This document shows, piece after piece, positions 61,742-64,000 of a stretch of 64,000 bases of DNA. Origin of the DNA: Planctomycetota bacterium (GTDB lineage: Bacteria; Planctomycetota; SZUA-567; H5-PLA8). How positions within the stretch are numbered: the stretch's first letter is position 1; every line of letters begins with the position of its first letter. Position numbers and translations under genes: made by a program. The stretch lies in the NCBI GenBank assembly GCA_038227875.1, contig JBBRPR010000010.1, forward strand, positions 32,001-96,000. The letters run 5' to 3'. The notes beneath the pieces were generated by a model. It searched no databases and had not been told where the DNA came from. It saw only the letters and a program-made list of their open reading frames with translations.

Positions 61742-63999
61742 CATGGTTCCTTCGCGGTCGCCGAAGGAGCAACAGGGTTATCCGCGGAATAGCTGAGTCC
61801 TTTTGGTGCCGCGCCGTTTTCGTCCATAAGTCGGCAGTAAAAGCCCCAGCCGCCGCCGCCTTGTGAAATAGTGAGCATCAGCGCGTTCCAGCCTTTGTTC
61901 AGCTTGATCTTGATCTTGTCCTGATCCGGCGCGCAGCCGCGCGTGGCGGGGTTGATGTGGATGGGCTGGCCGTTGAGCGCGGCCCGGATTCCATCGTCGC
62001 TGCCCAGCCACAGCTGCGCGTTCCGCTCGGCGTCGGAATAGATGTAGACATGCGCTGCGACTACGGAATTGTTCAGCGGACCGACAAGTTCCAGCAGGTT
62101 AAATGCACCGCTTTCGGATTCGGCATATGACCACGCGGAACCGCGAGTGGGCTGCGCTTTCTCATCGTAGTAGGGATCGCTCAGTTTCAGCGGATCGATA
62201 TTCTGCACGGCCTTCCCAATCAGAAATTCCGTCAGGAAGAATCCAGATGACGGACGACCCGGGGTCGCCGTGAACGCCAGCGGCTCGGGCGGTCCCATAC
62301 CGTCCTCGGCGGTCAGCGTCGTAAAGGTAAGGGTCGTGGGTTCGGTTTTCCATGCTGCGGTAGAGGTGAGCCGCAGCGTGCGGCCGTCGCGCTCCAATGT
62401 GGCCTTCTCGATTTTCACGCCGGGAATCGCGTAGTTGGCGACCGTTTCCGCCTGAGCTCGATTGAGCCGCTTGTTGCTGACGAGGGTGATCGTTTTCTCA
62501 TTTAGTCCGGCGTAACTGAAGCGCGGCGCGCCAGGTTCTTCGCCGAAGTACGCCAGTCCCCAATTCTCACGGTCACCGGCGGCGGCGGCATCAGGCGCCG
62601 ACCAGGTCAGTTCCTTGCCGTTCGCGCCGCGCAGCCGCCATTCGACGCGAGTCGATTTTCCGAGCGCGAAATCGCAGGGCTCGTTGCCGTGCTTCAGCGC
62701 ATCGAATGGAATCTGCGCGACGATCACGTAGCCGCTCTCGGCCTTTACGCCTGCGGCAGGGAGATGCGTGGTGTTGAGCACGGCGAGCGTTTTCTTGGTG
62801 CTCATCGCAAAAACGATCCGGCGGTCGGCGGGACTCGGCCCCTTGCTGGCGCGGCCGGCGTAAGCACTCGGCGATGTGATGAACAGTTCCACGCTGGGAC
62901 CTTGGGCGAGCTTGTCGGCGGTCTCCGGAGTCGCCAGATCCTTGCCGGTAAACGCGGCGTCCTTGACTTCGAGCGCGCAATACAGCTTGTTGTTGCCGTA
63001 AAGTACTCGCGCGGTCAGACCCAACTCTGCATCACTCAGTTTGAACGAGGCGACGTTTGCGAACTCGGCGAGCTTGGGATCGAGCTTGAAGTCTGCTCCG
63101 GCTCGTCCGATTGCTCGGTGCGTGCGGCGCGGCAGGAATGTTTCGACGCTGATTTCGCCGCTGCCACTCGTGTCGGTGGCGATAAATTTAAAGGCGTGCG
63201 TTCCGGTGGAAATCTGCGCGATCGGGACGAGCGCCGAAAACTGACCGCTGTGATTCACGTCTTTAAGTTCGAATTTTTTCTCGCCGGTGATCACAGTAAC
63301 AGAGGGCTCACCACCGCTCAACCCGGTCGAAAAGGCCGAAAGCGTCGCGTTCTGACCGTCCTCGGACAGCGTCACTGTCGTATTGGACAGAATCGGGTGA
63401 GGCTTGGCGTAAATGGCGATGTCATCCAGATCGTAATTGCGCGGCGCGCTGCCGGCTGGGGCGTCGAACATCAATTCACAGACGCCATCGGGCGCGGCCG
63501 GCGATCCGAAGAGCAGATCGGAGAGCGGAATGGCGACGAACTGGTAGCGCGGACCGACGGACTTGAGATACGCGGACAGAGGCACCTGGTTGGAGCGGTT
63601 GCCGTTGCCGTGGCCGAGGCGCCGGCCGTCGTCGCGGAAGCAGAGTTTCAAATCGGACGGGCCTTCGGTATCGGAGCGGATGCAGAATGTGAGCAGGCGA
63701 TGGTAGCGAACGTCATCGCCGTCAAAATTCGCACCGGGATTTTTCCAACTCGCGCCGGCCTGACCGGGTCCGAGTACTTCCACGCGCAGATGCGAATCGC
63801 CGCTGAACGGATTCTCCTTGCTCGCGTGGACGGACATGGTGTTGCCCCACGTGGAAAGAAAACTGTGGCTCTCGCCGTTCCACGCCACAAAGTCGTGCGT
63901 CGGTTTAAGCACGGTCAGCAGCGCGAGACGCGACTCAGTTTTGTCGTCCAGCGAAACCTTGACCGTGAGCGGCACGCGGCCGGGGAGGGGAGCGCCCTT
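61741..63999 (-). CDS. multi-domain protein with carbohydrate-binding-like modules and a PA14-like C-terminus (5' end outside window)
   Basis: Open to the window edge; galactose-binding-like W..V.IPL..DDI motif, CBM9-like Y....LY....V.D..E.F...Y.....IP, and LWLGSDDG....LNG...LNKGWN..L.....G.GGW.F. Confidence 0.75.
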   Translation of the reverse strand, partial: KGAPLPGRVPLTVKVSLDDKTESRLALLTVLKPTHDFVAWNGESHSFLSTWGNTMSVHASKENPFSGDSHLRVEVLGPGQAGASWKNPGANFDGDDVRYHRLLTFCIRSDTEGPSDLKLCFRDDGRRLGHGNGNRSNQVPLSAYLKSVGPRYQFVAIPLSDLLFGSPAAPDGVCELMFDAPAGSAPRNYDLDDIAIYAKPHPILSNTTVTLSEDGQNATLSAFSTGLSGGEPSVTVITGEKKFELKDVNHSGQFSALVPIAQISTGTHAFKFIATDTSGSGEISVETFLPRRTHRAIGRAGADFKLDPKLAEFANVASFKLSDAELGLTARVLYGNNKLYCALEVKDAAFTGKDLATPETADKLAQGPSVELFITSPSAYAGRASKGPSPADRRIVFAMSTKKTLAVLNTTHLPAAGVKAESGYVIVAQIPFDALKHGNEPCDFALGKSTRVEWRLRGANGKELTWSAPDAAAAGDRENWGLAYFGEEPGAPRFSYAGLNEKTITLVSNKRLNRAQAETVANYAIPGVKIEKATLERDGRTLRLTSTAAWKTEPTTLTFTTLTAEDGMGPPEPLAFTATPGRPSSGFFLTEFLIGKAVQNIDPLKLSDPYYDEKAQPTRGSAWSYAESESGAFNLLELVGPLNNSVVAAHVYIYSDAERNAQLWLGSDDGIRAALNGQPIHINPATRGCAPDQDKIKIKLNKGWNALMLTISQGGGGWGFYCRLMDENGAAPKGLSYSADNPVAPSATAKEP

Positions 64000-64000
64000 G

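Overview
A GC-rich, gene-dense bacterial chromosomal window with about 50 protein-coding genes. I see no rRNA, tRNA, CRISPR array or intact transposase. The gene content suggests Planctomycetota (inference): prenyltransferase/squalene-cyclase-repeat protein, methyltransferase-PQQ propeller protein, eukaryote-like Ser/Thr kinase, mcsA-mcsB, and a MoxR/DUF58/RDD/SpoIIM cluster. Recognisable housekeeping genes are apgM, hisE, a nikR-like regulator, mcsA, mcsB, acyP, selA, an EF-G paralogue and smpB. Envelope genes include three porins, two bactofilins, an amidase, a GT-C glycosyltransferase and large secreted proteins. The most notable observations are: (1) a ~400-aa C-terminal module shared by two otherwise different secreted proteins 30 kb apart, a candidate lineage-specific surface-display or sorting domain; (2) a NikR homologue lacking all four canonical nickel ligands; (3) a catalytically degenerate glycerophosphodiesterase in front of mcsAB, where ctsR usually sits; (4) a candidate rod-shaped ncRNA with its own terminator; (5) a uORF-containing structured leader before the stand-alone EF-G paralogue; (6) several families of REP/REPIN-like palindromes and heptamer-capped hairpins in intergenic DNA. 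All product calls are by motif recognition, not database search.
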